This document shows, in pieces, positions 49,473-63,022 of a DNA stretch of 64,000 bases. A program made the position numbers and the translations under genes. The stretch's first letter is position 1. Every line of letters starts with the position of its first letter. The notes beneath the pieces were generated by a model. The model was not told the origin of the DNA and did not search any database. It worked only from the letters and a program-made list of their open reading frames with translations. The DNA comes from Octopus sinensis. Its lineage: Eukaryota. Where the stretch lies: the NCBI RefSeq assembly GCF_006345805.1, contig NC_043005.1, forward strand, positions 95,914,001 through 95,978,000, read 5' to 3'.

Positions 49473-50704
49473 TATTATTATTATTATTTAAGACATCGCA
49501 CAGTATCCAATACTGTAGTGTTGTTGACTGAGATATTGTGTCTACCAGATGTTTGTACTGTCTGTCAAGTCACAACAAGGGCCTCAGACAGACACTACTT
49601 TACACAATATGCGAGCAGCTCCAAGTAGTGCCGATTTTTTTGCAATACATCTAGATTGTAGGGTATTTCTAAAGTTTCCAGATGTTTTTTTCAGGTTGGG
49701 TAGCATTGAACCCAATGCTCCGATGACAATAGGGATAACCTTTATGTTTGACTCTTGTATCTGCCACATCTTAGCGGTCTCAATTCTCGGGTCTCCATAT
49801 TTATCAACCTTTTTTCTTTCTTTCATGATAATATGTTGATCTCTTGTCAGTGTCACGTCAATTATTCGGCATTCTTGTTTGTCCCTCCAAAAGGTTACTA
49901 TATCCAGCCTTCAGTACTCTAATACCTTGTCTGTCTGGAAGTCAAAGTCTCAGAGGATTTTTGCCTTCCCCTATTCATCCATTACCATCACCTTTTTGCA
50001 GTGTATGTTGGTATCAAGCACCCGGTACCTTGTATCCATACTTCTAACACAATAGCCAGTGAAGGTTTGGGGTTACCTTGTCGTGTCTGCACTCTTTTTG
50101 TGCAAGACTTTCACAAGCATTCACAAAGTGAGTCACGCTTTTGACCCTCTTCCCACACATTCTGCAGAGGTTCATCGCACTTGTGTAGTGCATATTCCTT
50201 TTCACTGAGTATTCCTTGGCAGAAATGATTAGGCTTTCAGTATTCTTTTTTAGGTCACTCTTGCTGAGCCACCTCCATGATGCTTCCTGGTCTTTTAAAT
50301 TGTTAGCTTCATGGTAGAACTGACCATGTAATTCTCTCTCATTGGCTGTTCATCATTGGAATTCATGAGCACTCTCAAGTCCATTTTTGGTAAATCCTTC
50401 TGCATTAGTAGCAGGTTTTGTTTGCTGTTTTTCCAAATATTCTGCCATGCTTCTTCTTTCACTGTTGATGTACTCCTGTACACTAATCATCCCACAACCA
50501 CCCTTATCTCTCTTCATGTAGAGCCTGGGTGGAGGGCACCATGTATTATCATTGTTTTTCAGGTAGTGCAATCGAGTTGGTTAATATCCACTTGTGTCCA
50601 TTTCATGATGGATGAACAATAGTGGACTACAGCAACATCCCATATGTTGATGGCAGTCACAAGGTTCTTTGAGTTCAGTTTTGATTTCAAGTTATTATTA
50701 TTAT
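49473..50704 (-). mobile_element. 3' fragment of an RLE-type (R4/Dong-like) LINE between (TAA)n tracts
   Basis: RLYMKRDKGGCGMISV, zinc-knuckle remnant, and KERKKVDKY...VIPIVIGALG endonuclease region; (TAA)n at both ends. Confidence 0.82.
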
Positions 50705-51069
50705 TAAGGCAGAGAGATTGCAGAATTGTTAGCACACCAGATAAAATGCTTTGTAGCATTTCATCCGTCTTTACGCTCTGAGTCTGCCAAGGTTGACTTC
50801 GCCTTTCATCCTTTCGGGGTGGATAAATTAAGTAACAGTGAAACACTGAGGTCGATGTAATTGACTAGTCCCCTCCCCCAAAATTTCAGGCTTTGAGCTT
50901 TTAGTATTATTAACGTTTAGTCGGTGAGCTTGCAGAATTGTGAGCATGCCAGGCAAAATGCTTTGTAGCATTTCCTCTGTTTTTACATTCTAAGTAGATA
51001 AAACAAATACTAGTCAAGCACTGGGATCACTCTAACCCTCCTCCTCTGAACTTGCTGGCCTTGTGCCTG

Positions 51070-51286
51070 TTTTATTCTTTTACTTGTTTCAGTCATTTGA
51101 CTGTGGCCATGCTGGAGCACCGCCTTTAGTCGACCAAATTGACCCCAGGACTTATTCTTTGTAAGCCTAGTACTTATTCTATCGGTATCTTTTGCTGAAC
51201 CGCTAAGTTACAGGGACATAAACACACCAGCATTGGTTGTCAAGTGATGTTGGGGGGACAAACACAGACACACAAACACAGACACA

Positions 51287-51346
<60 letters not shown>

Positions 51347-51515
51347 AATATACGATGGGCTTCTTTCAGTTTCCATCTACTAAATCTACTCACAAGGCTT
51401 TGGTCGGCCCGAGGCTATAGTAGAAGACACTTGCCCAAGGTGCCACGCAGTGGGACTGAACCCGGAACCATGTGGTTGGTAAGCAAGCTACTTACCACAC
51501 AGCCACCCCCTACGC
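51070..51515 (-). mobile_element. tRNA-derived SINE family A (complete)
   Basis: Reverse complement of the 43618 head plus CA repeat and tail. Confidence 0.88.
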
Positions 51516-52589
51516 CTATTGCAGAAAGGATTATTAATGTTATTATTTCATTTATGCATGTCAGCATAGAAAACACTATGATGATGAAGAAAATAAATAC
51601 CAGCTGAGTACTGGGGTTGATGTAATTAAATTAACATCTCCACCAAAATTACTGGCCTTGTGTCAAAATTTGAAATCATCATTATTCTTTTTTTTTTTCA
51701 AACTCTGTTTAATACAGTTGAAATTTATAATATGCAATTTCAAAGATTGTGAGATTTATTTACAGTGTCACAAGGGTGTAACCAGCCCATGATAAAGATA
51801 CTTAATCTGAATGGCCTGTTTCATCTAGCTTGGAACAGAAATGGCTAATATCTTCCCATGGGTTTTAAATAATCACCAACAAAACAATTTCTGTATAACT
51901 CCCTCAAATCACCAAGTGGATACAAAATACGTTTACCTACCAATAGCAGCATTGATTACAAGAGGTTCTTCGCTGTTTTATTTATTTATTTATTTTATAA
52001 AATACTATTCTCAACTGGATTGATTATTTTGCCAATTCCTACTGGGTTTGTCGGGAGACTTGCTTGCAAACAATAAATAAATGTTAGCTTCTCTCTGGGA
52101 TATCAAATTCTATAAAATTCCTTCACAGAAAAATAATCATTCTGTAAATTAACCTCATTTTTAATCTTGATATATTTAAGTCTCAAAAAAAAAAAAAAGG
52201 TCAAAGGTTAAGAAATATTTAATTTCCTCCAAATATCATTTTGAGATTTAAACAATGACCTTTAAAACATAGTGGTTACCATACTAAAGCAATGTTTTCT
52301 TTGCTGGAGGCTCTAAGGTACCACATTTTTCAGGGAATATGACAGACGTTAGTAAAAGTGGCAAGCTGACAGAATCATTAGCATGCTGGGCAAGAAGCTT
52401 AACGAGTTCAAATTCTGCCGAGATCAACTTTCCCTTTCATCCTTTTGGGGGTTGATAAAATAAGTTCTAGTTGAGTACTGGGGAAGGGGGGAGGCATGTA
52501 ATCGACCTACCTCTCCCCTGGAATTGCTGGCCTTGTGCCAAAATTTGAAATCAATACGACACATGTTAGTGTCACTGCTGTTAGCTATT

Positions 52590-52920
52590 CTTTTACTCTT
52601 TTACTTGTTTCAGTCATATGACTGCGGCCATGCTGAAGCACTGCCTTTAGTCGAGCAAATCAACCCTAGGACTTATTCTTTGTAAGCCTAGTACTTATTC
52701 TATCGGTATCTTTTGCCGAACTGCTAAGTTACGGGGATGTAAATACGCCACCATCGGTTGTCAAGCGATGTTGGGGGGACAAACACAGACACACATACAT
52801 ATGTTTCCGTCTACCAAATCAAGGCTATAGTAGAAGACACTTGCCCAAGGTGCCACGCAGTGGGAATGAACCTGGAACCATGTGGTTGGTAAGCAAGCTA
52901 CTTACCACACAGCCACTCTG
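52590..52920 (-). mobile_element. tRNA-derived SINE family A (internally deleted)
   Basis: Same head and tail as 51070-51515. Confidence 0.82.
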
Positions 52921-53969
52921 TTTCAAACAACCACGATGAAAGTAGTCCCAGCCAGTTTCATGACTGCTCTGAGTTGATTTTTCTTCTCATTTTTTTTTTG
53001 AAATTCACACACACAATGTATTTAGGAGAATGTTATCCAATGTGCTCTTTCTTTAAGACAATATCATGCAATTTGAGAAAGATCAGACAAATATTTGTAG
53101 CAGGTTAAACAACAGCATACAAACTCTCATTGTAGAATGTTAATCTTGTTTAATCCCAGGTCAGATCTGACTGACAAGGCCTATGATTAAAGGCATGCCA
53201 GTTGTGACCATTCCATCCTATGGAGACTATCTAGAAGATTGGTTCTCAGCTGGGGTCCATATCTAACTCAAATCTCAAATATGTGCAACAGAGTAAACAT
53301 CACTGGAGGTACCCAATGGCCAAGTGGTGGTGCTAAATGAAGAAATGAGATGGTCAGAGTAAATTAGCCAAGAAGGCCAGCACAGGATTTGAACTTGGAA
53401 TGCAAACACACAAGGCTGAAACAAATACACAAGGTACATCATCTGAAACACTAAGGATGCAACCAACCCAACTACTACCTTATTTATCTACTTGAGAAGG
53501 ATAAAAGGCAAGGTGGTCCTCAGTAAGGCTTGAACTCTGAATGCAAGGAACTGAAATAAAAACCTCAAGACATTTTAATGCTCTATTGCTGCCAATTTAC
53601 CACTTGCCTCTGTGTGTGGGGGGGGGGTGCATCCGTGCTTGCATGTGTGCTCATGTACTCTCACCAAGGAACTGGGTGTGTAGTAGTAAACAGGAAGTAA
53701 ATTCTAAATATTCCTCCCTAACATCAGATTTGAAATATTTTCATTCCTTCTCAAGAAAAATATTTGAAATTTAATTTCAAAAGAAAAATAGAACATATAC
53801 TAAAATTTAGGACTAAATTATGGAGTCTCTAGTCCAGAGAGGAGGGGTGGGGAAATAGCCTTTTAATGGAATCGCTGGAATCTAATGGAATCTACTTAAC
53901 CCACATTATGTAAATTTACAAAACAATATTAAAAAGTATAACTAATGAAAAATTTCTGGATTTAAAAAA

Positions 53970-55422
53970 CTAGCAGGTGTACCCGGCGTTGCCCAGGACT
54001 GTTAAGTATGCCTGGTCAGCACGAAGTAGAGCTGAAGAAACTGAAGCGAGGCAGTGTCATACGGCTGCAGGGAACCAATTCTATGGTAAATCTGCCCCTG
54101 CACTTTAAAGGAAGGCATGAAATGCCCATTTCATAAGATGTTGGTACCAAAGGAAGTCATTTGGAATGCACAGTTCTAGGCACGTATCCGCTTGAGAAAG
54201 TCATGAGAATTAGGAGACACCCCTGTCAAAAGATCAGTCAAAAGGGGTGGAAGATCTTGTAGAAGAGGTACTGTAATCTTATTGCTGGAGCAGCACATGC
54301 CGGGAGTTTTTCTAGGCCACTTTTTAGTACCGCAAAATTGGCAGATTGTGGACATGCAGCCCATTTGAACATCAGGGTGATTACTGTAGTCAATTGTAGG
54401 ATCGTAGTTGAATGCTGTCATTGACCAATGCAAGGAGCATGGCCTTGAGTAGGAATGTTGTGCAGCCCTTTGCTTAGTTGCAGCCTCCAGTCATTGATGT
54501 CTTTCCCTTGTAGTCTCCATAGTGCTTGCAGCAGCAGTTGCTGCAGTATCTCTTGTAAGTTGAACTGCACATTGTGCTGCAGTCTCTGCAGCAGCAGTTG
54601 AGGAAACATCTCTTGTAAGTTGATCTGCACGTTGTGCTGCAGTCTCTGCAGCTTGTGCACAGCAGTTAAGGAAGCATTTCTTGTTCAGTGTGCTGAACAT
54701 TGCTCGTTGCTCTGAGTGGCTCATTGCACAGCAATACATGCTAACCTATCAGAACGCTTCTCTTCACGTTAAAGCCATCTTAAGTGCATTGAGAGAGTTC
54801 CCCCTGGCGGTATCCTAGGCACATTCATTTGCACACATACATTTACTTTTCTTTGCAGCATTTGTTTGCCAACCTATATTGGATCTTTTGCATCAAGGCA
54901 TGGTGGAAAATTATCAGTTTACGCAATAGAAAATGTCTTAAGGAAAAAGCGGTGAATGTGTAGCACCAAAAAAATAGTAAAATGTAGTTGGCAAAAATGT
55001 TAATCAAACAGACTGAATTAAGGATTTTTAAATTTTGCGTAAGAGTTTTGAAGTGGGGAATAATTATATGAAAAAGAGCGCTCACATGAAAACAAAGGCA
55101 AATCGTAACTCGCAAATGATACTGCTGGCAGTACTGTGCAAGCAGTCGAAAGGAGTTCACCACAGCTGACAAAGTAAAGTATTGATTTTTTCCAGCTGGA
55201 TGTGTGTCATGTTTTTCGCTGGCTCAAGCCAAATCCTAGGTAAATTAAGAGTAGTCTGTTTATGTTGGGAGCATGGAATTTCTTAGAAAAAAATTATAAG
55301 AAAAAAGTGTCCAAAGTCAGAGAAAGCACACATGTCAAATTTGGTGAAATTCAGTTGAAAATTGTAGGAGTAGAAGTGGTTCACACAACACACAGACAGA
55401 CAACTTGCCTTTCAATATATGA
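53970..55422 (-). mobile_element. Internally deleted Helitron retaining a Rep/helicase N-terminal fragment
   Basis: A|TC 5' end; CCTGGGCAACGCCGGG hairpin and CTAG|T 3' end; ETAAQ repeats then CQFCGTKKW...GMCCSSNK...FLKRIRA*NCAFQMTSFG. Confidence 0.85.
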
Positions 55423-56659
55423 TAATTCCTTCATTCTTTTGTGTCATTTTTATCACTTTTTGATAAAAAATATTTAAAGAAATTTAATGAATCTATTTAA
55501 CCAAATTGATAGTCATATTATATTATATTGATATAGTCAGAATTATCAAGGGGTCAATATTGATCACTTTGCTGATCCTGTTCTAGTGTAAAGGCTATAG
55601 AGAGTTTATTGATGGGGAGAATTAGCTTCTATCCTGAGCAAGTTGGGTGACGACATGTCAGTTCTTTTACTGGTTTCTCCAAAGTAGTAGCAGTTTATCT
55701 CTAGATCAGACCTGATTAAGCAGACCTATTAATAAAGATATTCCATCTTCAACCATACTATTTTATTTCCTAGATAGTGTATCTAAAACTATATTATCCA
55801 ATAACTCCTTCCGTTGTAAAGAGTGTGATATGAGGAAGATTGTTTCCATATGAAGATCAAGTCACTATGTAAGAGCTCTCTCATTGGTTCATTACCAAAA
55901 GTGTTATTCAGCCCCAGGTTAGCCTTGGCAGACCAGATTTGTGATTAAGGGCATTCAAGCCATGATCATCTTATCTTTGTGATACACAACTTTTTCTTTC
56001 TAAAATTGCAGGATGTAATTTGAAGATTTGGCTTCTATTTCTAGTAAATTGAATGACTCCTTTATTGGATTGCTACCAGGAATATCAGGTAGCTGTAAGA
56101 CAATATGTAAGGAGAGTAGGTTGAAAACAAAAAGGGATCACAGAGATGATTGATTTTGTTGGTATGTGAAGAATGAATTCAAAATATGATTACCATAGGC
56201 AGACCCATCTAGAGAGAAGAATTTTGAACAGAATAATTTACTGAAGTTGTTTGAAGTTCATCTAGCAGGGGACCATGTTGCACAGAGAGAACTTAGAATT
56301 TACAAGTCATGTACTGTGCAAAAACAACTTTTGTTTTCTGGATTTTGTATTATTTTTGATTTGAAAGCGCAATGCAATAAAAGAATTTGAAGAGTGCCAG
56401 ACAAAATACCATATTTCATTAAATCTTTTTATGCTCAGAGTTCAAAAACTACAGAAGTCTTCTTATGCATTTCGTTTTCCTAGGATTGTGGATTTCATGT
56501 AATCAACTGCATCTCTTCTTTAGAATATGTAACCATGTACAGCTAGCAGAATTGTTAGCACACCAGACGTGGTTTTACAGAAAACCAGAAATGAAGTATA
56601 CTACTTGCATGACAGCAACACACACAACTATCATGCAATGACAAGATAGGGAGAGTGTG

Positions 56660-57000
56660 ATCATTGCCAGAGCAGCCAACTGGCTTCCATGCTGGTGGCA
56701 CGTAAAAGGGCACCATTCGAGCGTGATCATTACCAACGTCGCCTTACTGGCACCCGTGCCGGTGGCATGTGTAAAAAGATTCGAGCGAGGTCATTGACAG
56801 TACCACCTGACTGGCCCCCGTGCTGGTGGCACCTAAAAAGCACCCACTACACTCTCGGAGTGGTTGACATTAGGAAGGGCACCCAGCTGTAGAAACTCTG
56901 CCAGATCAAGATTGGAGCTTGGTGCAGCCATCTGGTTCACCAGCCCTCAGTCAAAATCATACAACCCATGTTAGCATGGAAAGTGGACGTTAAACAATGA

Positions 57001-57003
<3 letters not shown>
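56660..57003 (+). mobile_element. RTE 3'-end-type copy followed by (AT)n
   Basis: Matches 2880-3213. Confidence 0.85.
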
Positions 57004-57041
<38 letters not shown>

Positions 57042-58044
57042 ACATGCTTCTTTCAGTTCCATCTACTAAATTCGCTCATAAAGCTTTGGCCACCCCAGGG
57101 TTATAGAAGAAACTATAGGTACCATGCAGTGGAACTGAACCAAGAGCCATGTAGTTGGGAAGTAAACTTCTTCTCACCATACAGCTATACCTGCATCTAT
57201 AAAGAAATATTAGAAAGCATTTTATCCAATACTTTACCAATTCTGGTTACTAGCCTTCCTTATTATAAATTAAAACAAGAAATGTATTAAATGCTACATG
57301 TGAACTAAATTTAACAATGATAGAAATAAAATGAAGGAATTGTATAACACTTTTGCTTTTTGATGTAAAAGAATTTAATAAAAACAATTACAATGAAATT
57401 TCTTTCATCTGCAAATTTCTTCCACAATTCTCTAATTGCTAATTTTTTCAGTAATTAATTATAAGATGTCTAATTTGTTTTTTTGTTCTGTTTCTTATCT
57501 CATATTCCATGCTTTCATCTGAACAAGTTAAATTTTATTCTATTGTAAATTTAATTGTAATATTCCCATTAAAAGATGTGAAGAAGCTACATAAGATTAT
57601 TATTTTGCTTTCTTTTGTCCATTCATTAGTTCATTTTATTTTACTCAGGCTTTTTTATCTCATTTATTTATATTTTTTAATTACTTTTTTTTAACTTTCT
57701 ATTTATTTGAGTGCTTCTTTAGTCTCTGGAATTTACATAACACTTTTGTCACACAAATAAACCACAATGAATTGTATATACCTTGAGATATTTTTATAAT
57801 CTGCAGACAACCAATGCTCAGTTTAATAATCAATTTATTCCCACTTTGATTTACAATGGCACTCATGTTTCATACAGATGCTACTCTATTTTCAACAGAC
57901 AAGCAAATATACCATCTTACGGTAAAGGATTGCCTTCTAGACTAGCAACAGTAGTTTATTGCAATCAATATTGACACTAACCCAGAAAGTCATAGAAGTT
58001 ATAAAAACAAAAATGAGAAGTCGTGATTCTTTTTTTTTTTACCT

Positions 58045-58258
58045 TCTTTAACTGGCCAAATCCAGCCCAGATATTCTACATGTTTTATATTCAAACTGGC
58101 AATATCTAGCCTTTCACACCTAACCTACATTGACATTCTAAAAATAAACAATCACATCATTGAAACCTCAAAGCTAGAAGATAATGCATGATTAATTCAA
58201 AACAATTTGAGTGAAAAAGTATGACATTTAACAGAGTAATCTGAACACTAAAGGGTTA
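58045..58258. mobile_element. Short piggyBac-like MITE remnant
   Basis: Ends AAAGGG|TTAA; left end degenerate. Confidence 0.45.
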
Positions 58259-58997
58259 AAGAAGTGTGTGATGAAAATAACTTCATTTTCAACCGGATCA
58301 TAGATTCAAACTCACAACGAGACTAACAACAACAACAATTTCTAACATTGGCTGATCACAAATATTATGGAGAAATGACAACCAATTTAATCAACCTCAG
58401 TATCTAACTGGAATTTGATAATTTCTCAACTCTTGAAGGATGAAAGACAAGGTCAACATTGGCAAGATCTGAACTGAGAGATAAAAAATTAATAAAAACT
58501 GTAAGAGGTTTTTTTTTTTTGTTAGCTTTTTACTGATTCTGTCAAGCTAGAGAAAGAGGTATAGCTTTGCAGGTAAGCAGAAAATGAAAGGAGGGATGGA
58601 TTCGGGGATTGACAGAGAATGTTCACTACAAATTTTATGGCCAACAAAGGTCTCAACTCTCTGAATAGTATTAAAAAAAAGTAGTGGTGGAGGCAGCAGC
58701 AGTAACAATTTTTCTTTATTATTATTTTTTTTTGGAGGGGGGGTAGTAGGAGGAAATCATTTTTAAACTGCATAACTTTTTTTTTTCTTTTTACCTGTAA
58801 TACAAATGGATTCACCCATAAATGTCAAAGTGAGATTGAATGTCATTCGTCATCTGTTTGTGTAATGTATATCAGCTACAGCTAAATGTGCCAGCTGGTG
58901 TACACAGCTTTCTTGCTTAACTAACCAATTCCAACATTAATTTTTTTATGAGAAAAGGTTTCTTGAGGAAACTTACCTCACTATATTATTCTTTATA

Positions 58998-59375
58998 TCT
59001 CTTATTATAAAAGGCAGATTTTATCTGCCTCCCTTTGGGAGTTATAGAAATCTACAATATAGGATTTCTTCAATTACAATTTACCTAGCATTTTTAAGAG
59101 TACAATGCATCGCGTCATGCCAGGTCCAGTTTTTAAAATTTAAACTCCAATTAAGCAAAATTTACAGAAAACTCACATTCTGGTGTGTGTGTCAAATGCT
59201 TTTCTTAGTCTGGTTTACACCACACGCAAACGCACACACACAGTGGGCGACGAATAAAATGAAAGTAAATGTAATATTTGTTTCTGTCTATCACGCTGAT
59301 AGATACATGAGTAAAATGTATGGGAAGCTAACAGATAACAGTGAGTGAAAATGTTCTTGGAAGAGAGTAAATTAG
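58998..59375 (+). mobile_element. Helitron-like family B 5' portion
   Basis: Homologous to 20657-21029. Confidence 0.65.
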
Positions 59376-59745
59376 CGACAGAGTGATTTGAGCAAGACTA
59401 AACTGAAAGTATGAAACAGTGTTTATGTATAAACAGACGACACTTATATAAACCCTTTCGTTACCAAACCGCCCGAATTTACCTATTCATATTTAAATGA
59501 GAATATCAGAGTAAATCTCTTTAGTACATTCTTTAGTACATGCCTTGAAGAATTGTAGTTTAATGAATCAACTCCACTTTTATTTTTGTAAGCATTGTAC
59601 TTATTCTATCTGTTTCCTTTGTCAAACCACTAGGTGACAGGGATGTAAACAAACCAACATTCGTTGTCAAGCAGTGGTGGAGGACAATCACAAGCACAGA
59701 CACGCACACACACACACATACATGCATACACATATACACACATAC

Positions 59746-59777
<32 letters not shown>

Positions 59778-59792
59778 GTGCGTATATATATA

Positions 59793-60048
59793 TTGCAGCG
59801 TGGAAGGTGTTTGTAAGCCATTTAAGAAACACACAAAAACCGTTACATTCACTTCAACATTTAAATTTAATTTGCCAAAATATTTTCGTCACTTTGAGAC
59901 CGCGACCTGTTCACTGACAAAAATATCGTGCTAACAGGTCGCGGTCTCAAAGCGATGAAAATATTTTGACAAATTAAATTTAAATGTTGAAGTGAATCTA
60001 ACGGTTTTGTGTGTTTCTTAAATGGCTTATAAACACCTTCAACACTGC
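59793..60048. repeat. Fold-back palindrome (spacer 59912-59932) of the CAGUGA hammerhead-like family
   Basis: TGCAGCGTGGAAGGTG...GACCTGTT mirrored by AACAGGTC...CACCTTCAACACTGCA. Confidence 0.88.
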
Positions 60049-60212
60049 AACTGTTTTCGTTCCAGCACACGATCTCAGATCAAGTCACTTGCTATGCAAG
60101 TACATCTCTGTAACTATATATATATTTATATATATATATATATGTATATTGGTAAAAACAGTAAGATAACAAAAGAAAGAAAGAGACCTCAATATTATGT
60201 AAATAGAGGAAA

Positions 60213-60608
60213 TCTTTATATATAAAAGTGAGGTTGTGTGTCTGTCTCCTACGATTTAGATTCCTAACTACTCCCACATTTTGCGGTGCAGTTTAACCAA
60301 AACCGGGTATCTTATAGTCGTGATTCATATCGAGACCGTCTGGGTATTAGCGCGCGTCTACGATGAGTCTACGATTTAAAAAAAAAATTTACCATCAATT
60401 TTTCCCATTTTTAATCCATTTTTGACATATATAAGGGAAGTAACTCTCTAAAATTTATTATTAAATCTCAGAACGTAAAAAGCTACAGTAACACCCCTCC
60501 CCCTTTGTGGTTAGCCATATTGAGATGGCTATTATACTTTACATCTCTAAAAATGCTTATATAATTATTTCCCTTACAAACCCGAGCAACGCCGGGCGAT
60601 ACTGCTAG
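60213..60608 (+). mobile_element. Non-autonomous Helitron family A
   Basis: A|TCTTTATATATAAAAG ... CCCGAGCAACGCCGGG ... CTAG|T. Confidence 0.9.
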
Positions 60609-61287
60609 TATATTATATTATTCTTCTAAACAACCCTCATATTTTGTTTCACCAATCACTTCAAAGCTAGACATATACAATACCAACTCACCTAAGGATG
60701 TCTTACATATATTTAATTTTTCTTTAACATCCAAGATACCAATAATGCAAAAATAAAATTCTGAATAACTATTATATCTGTTTTTTGTTGTTACTTTTTT
60801 TTTTTTACAATGGTTGTGGGAGGAGTGGGCAATGAATTAAAGGTATACAAATTTTGAAGAAGAAAAAAAAGCAATTCTTTTGTGGGATCATGACCTCTGA
60901 TATTTAAAACACAATTCTGAAGAAAATATAGTTTTTTGCAAACTACATAATTCCTGCTTATCTATCTAGTTGATAGTATTTTTGAAATTAGCAGGGACTG
61001 TCTAAAAGTACCAGGTGTAGTCTGTTATGGATACCCTCTGATCTCAGTTACTTAGTCACTAACAGCTTAGTATTCAGATTTATTCTGTCAACCCGAAAAC
61101 ACATGGTTGAAAAGTAACATTCTTAACCACATAGCCATAACAGCTTTTCTCACAAATACTTTCCATTTGTATTTGCTGCAGGTTAAACGTGAGCAGAGTA
61201 TCCCACTGCATGGCACTTTGGGCAAGTGTCTTCTATAGCCTTGGGCCGACCAAAGCCTTGTGAATGGAAACTGAAAGAAGCCAGTCG

Positions 61288-61327
<40 letters not shown>

Positions 61328-62838
61328 ATATTTGTGTGTATGTGTGTGTGTCCCAGCCATCGCTTGACAACTGACGATGGTGTGTTTGTGTCCCTGTAAC
61401 TTAACAATTCGGCAAAAGAGACAGAATAAATACTAGGTTTACAAAGAATAAGTCTTGAGGTCGATTTGTTCGACTGGCTTTCAGTACAATTCTCTAGAAG
61501 TCTGAGTATGGCTGTAGTCAAATGAATGAAACAATTAAAAGAATCTTGCCAACTAATTTTATGTTTTCATGAAAATGGATACTATCAATCAGAATAATAT
61601 AATTTCTTTTTTTATGAACAAATTCTGGGATTGCTTTTCATTCTTTGATTATAAAAAATTAAAATAATAATTAGAAAAAAAAGTCATTTACTTCATTGTG
61701 ACCTTAAACATCCAAATACATTTTGAATAATTTTCGCCAGACTTTCAGAATAGCTGCCACACATAAATCGGAATGTCTCCGTTATTGGAGCGGGGGGGGG
61801 GGGGTCCACATTTAATAGAATTCTACATTTCAAAATATTTGGAAGTAGACGTTTTGTAACAATTTTTTTTTTAAATCCATGGATTTTCAAACATACCCTT
61901 CGGAAGAGCAACCACCTCAAAACTTTTTTGTTGTTTTTGGTTGTTATAGCATTCTACATTTTGAAACATTTACAATCTGCATTTCCAGAGGAAAAAATAG
62001 TTTGTGACACTCTCACTTTTTCATGACAAAAACCTCGGGAGAAAAAAGGAAAGTAAAAAAAAAAAACTGACAAATTTCAATTTGTGTGACCACTATTCCG
62101 AAAGTCTGCCTTGTTATCAATAAAAATATACATCATTAAGGGAATTTACAAATAAAGTCAAGATAGCACTAAAACTGTAATTATACTCAAAACCCACAAA
62201 AGTTTCACAGCGATTTCGTTTGCCATTATATTCCATTTAAAATAGAAAAATACGACGAATGTACTCAGCCAACTTACTACCAGTTTTCATGAATACTGTT
62301 GGTTACGTATGATTTCAGGCTTTCTTTGAGAACAGATGGTAATTATGTGAAGTGAAACAAGCTAATATTTGAATTATAAATAAAAGCTGTCCAAAATATT
62401 TCAACAATGGCGTTGATAAGATCTGTCTTTTAAGAATGCAATAATCTTTACAATGACTTTTACGTGCCAAATACTGTATTTAAAATATGAGCTAAAAGAT
62501 AATTGACAGGCAGTTATTTCATGAATATTCATACTTTTTCCTTTTCTTTTATGCAGAAATAAAAACAAATAGTGGTGATATACAAACATAGCAAGCATGA
62601 CCATGTGGTAAGAGGTTTGCTTCCCAACCACATGGTTACGGGTTCAGTACCACAGCGTGGTACCTTGGGCAAGTGCCTTCTATTTATAACCCCGGGTGTG
62701 TGTGTGATGTATTTGTCCCTCACCACCGCTTAGCAATCGGTGGTCTGTTTACATCTCCGTAACTTAACGATTCGGCAAAAGAGACTGATAGAATGATTAA
62801 ACTCCAGTGTTTGAACTGAGCCAAAAAAAAGGGGCAAT

Positions 62839-63022
62839 AGGTGTAAAACAACATGTAGTAAATGAATATGAAAAAAAAAACGTGCGCTGGCTAACTGGAG
62901 GTGGGGAGAGGACTCGAAAAATTCCCATCGGGAATGTTCCGAGTCCTCTCACCACTTTCCCGTTCGTTGGCAAAATTTTTTTTTTGTATTCATATTCGTT
63001 TACTACACATTATTTTACACCT
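62839..63022. repeat. Imperfect palindrome (~88-bp arms, loop 62927-62929)
   Basis: AGGTGTAAAA...GAGAGGACTCGAAAAATTCCC-ATC-GGGAATGTTCCGAGTCCTCTC...TTTTACACCT. Confidence 0.8.

Noticed and set aside
57807-57919. Candidate internal exon (CAG...GTAAAG, one open frame)
   Set aside because: Peptide is unrecognisable and no partner exons were found; needs RNA-seq
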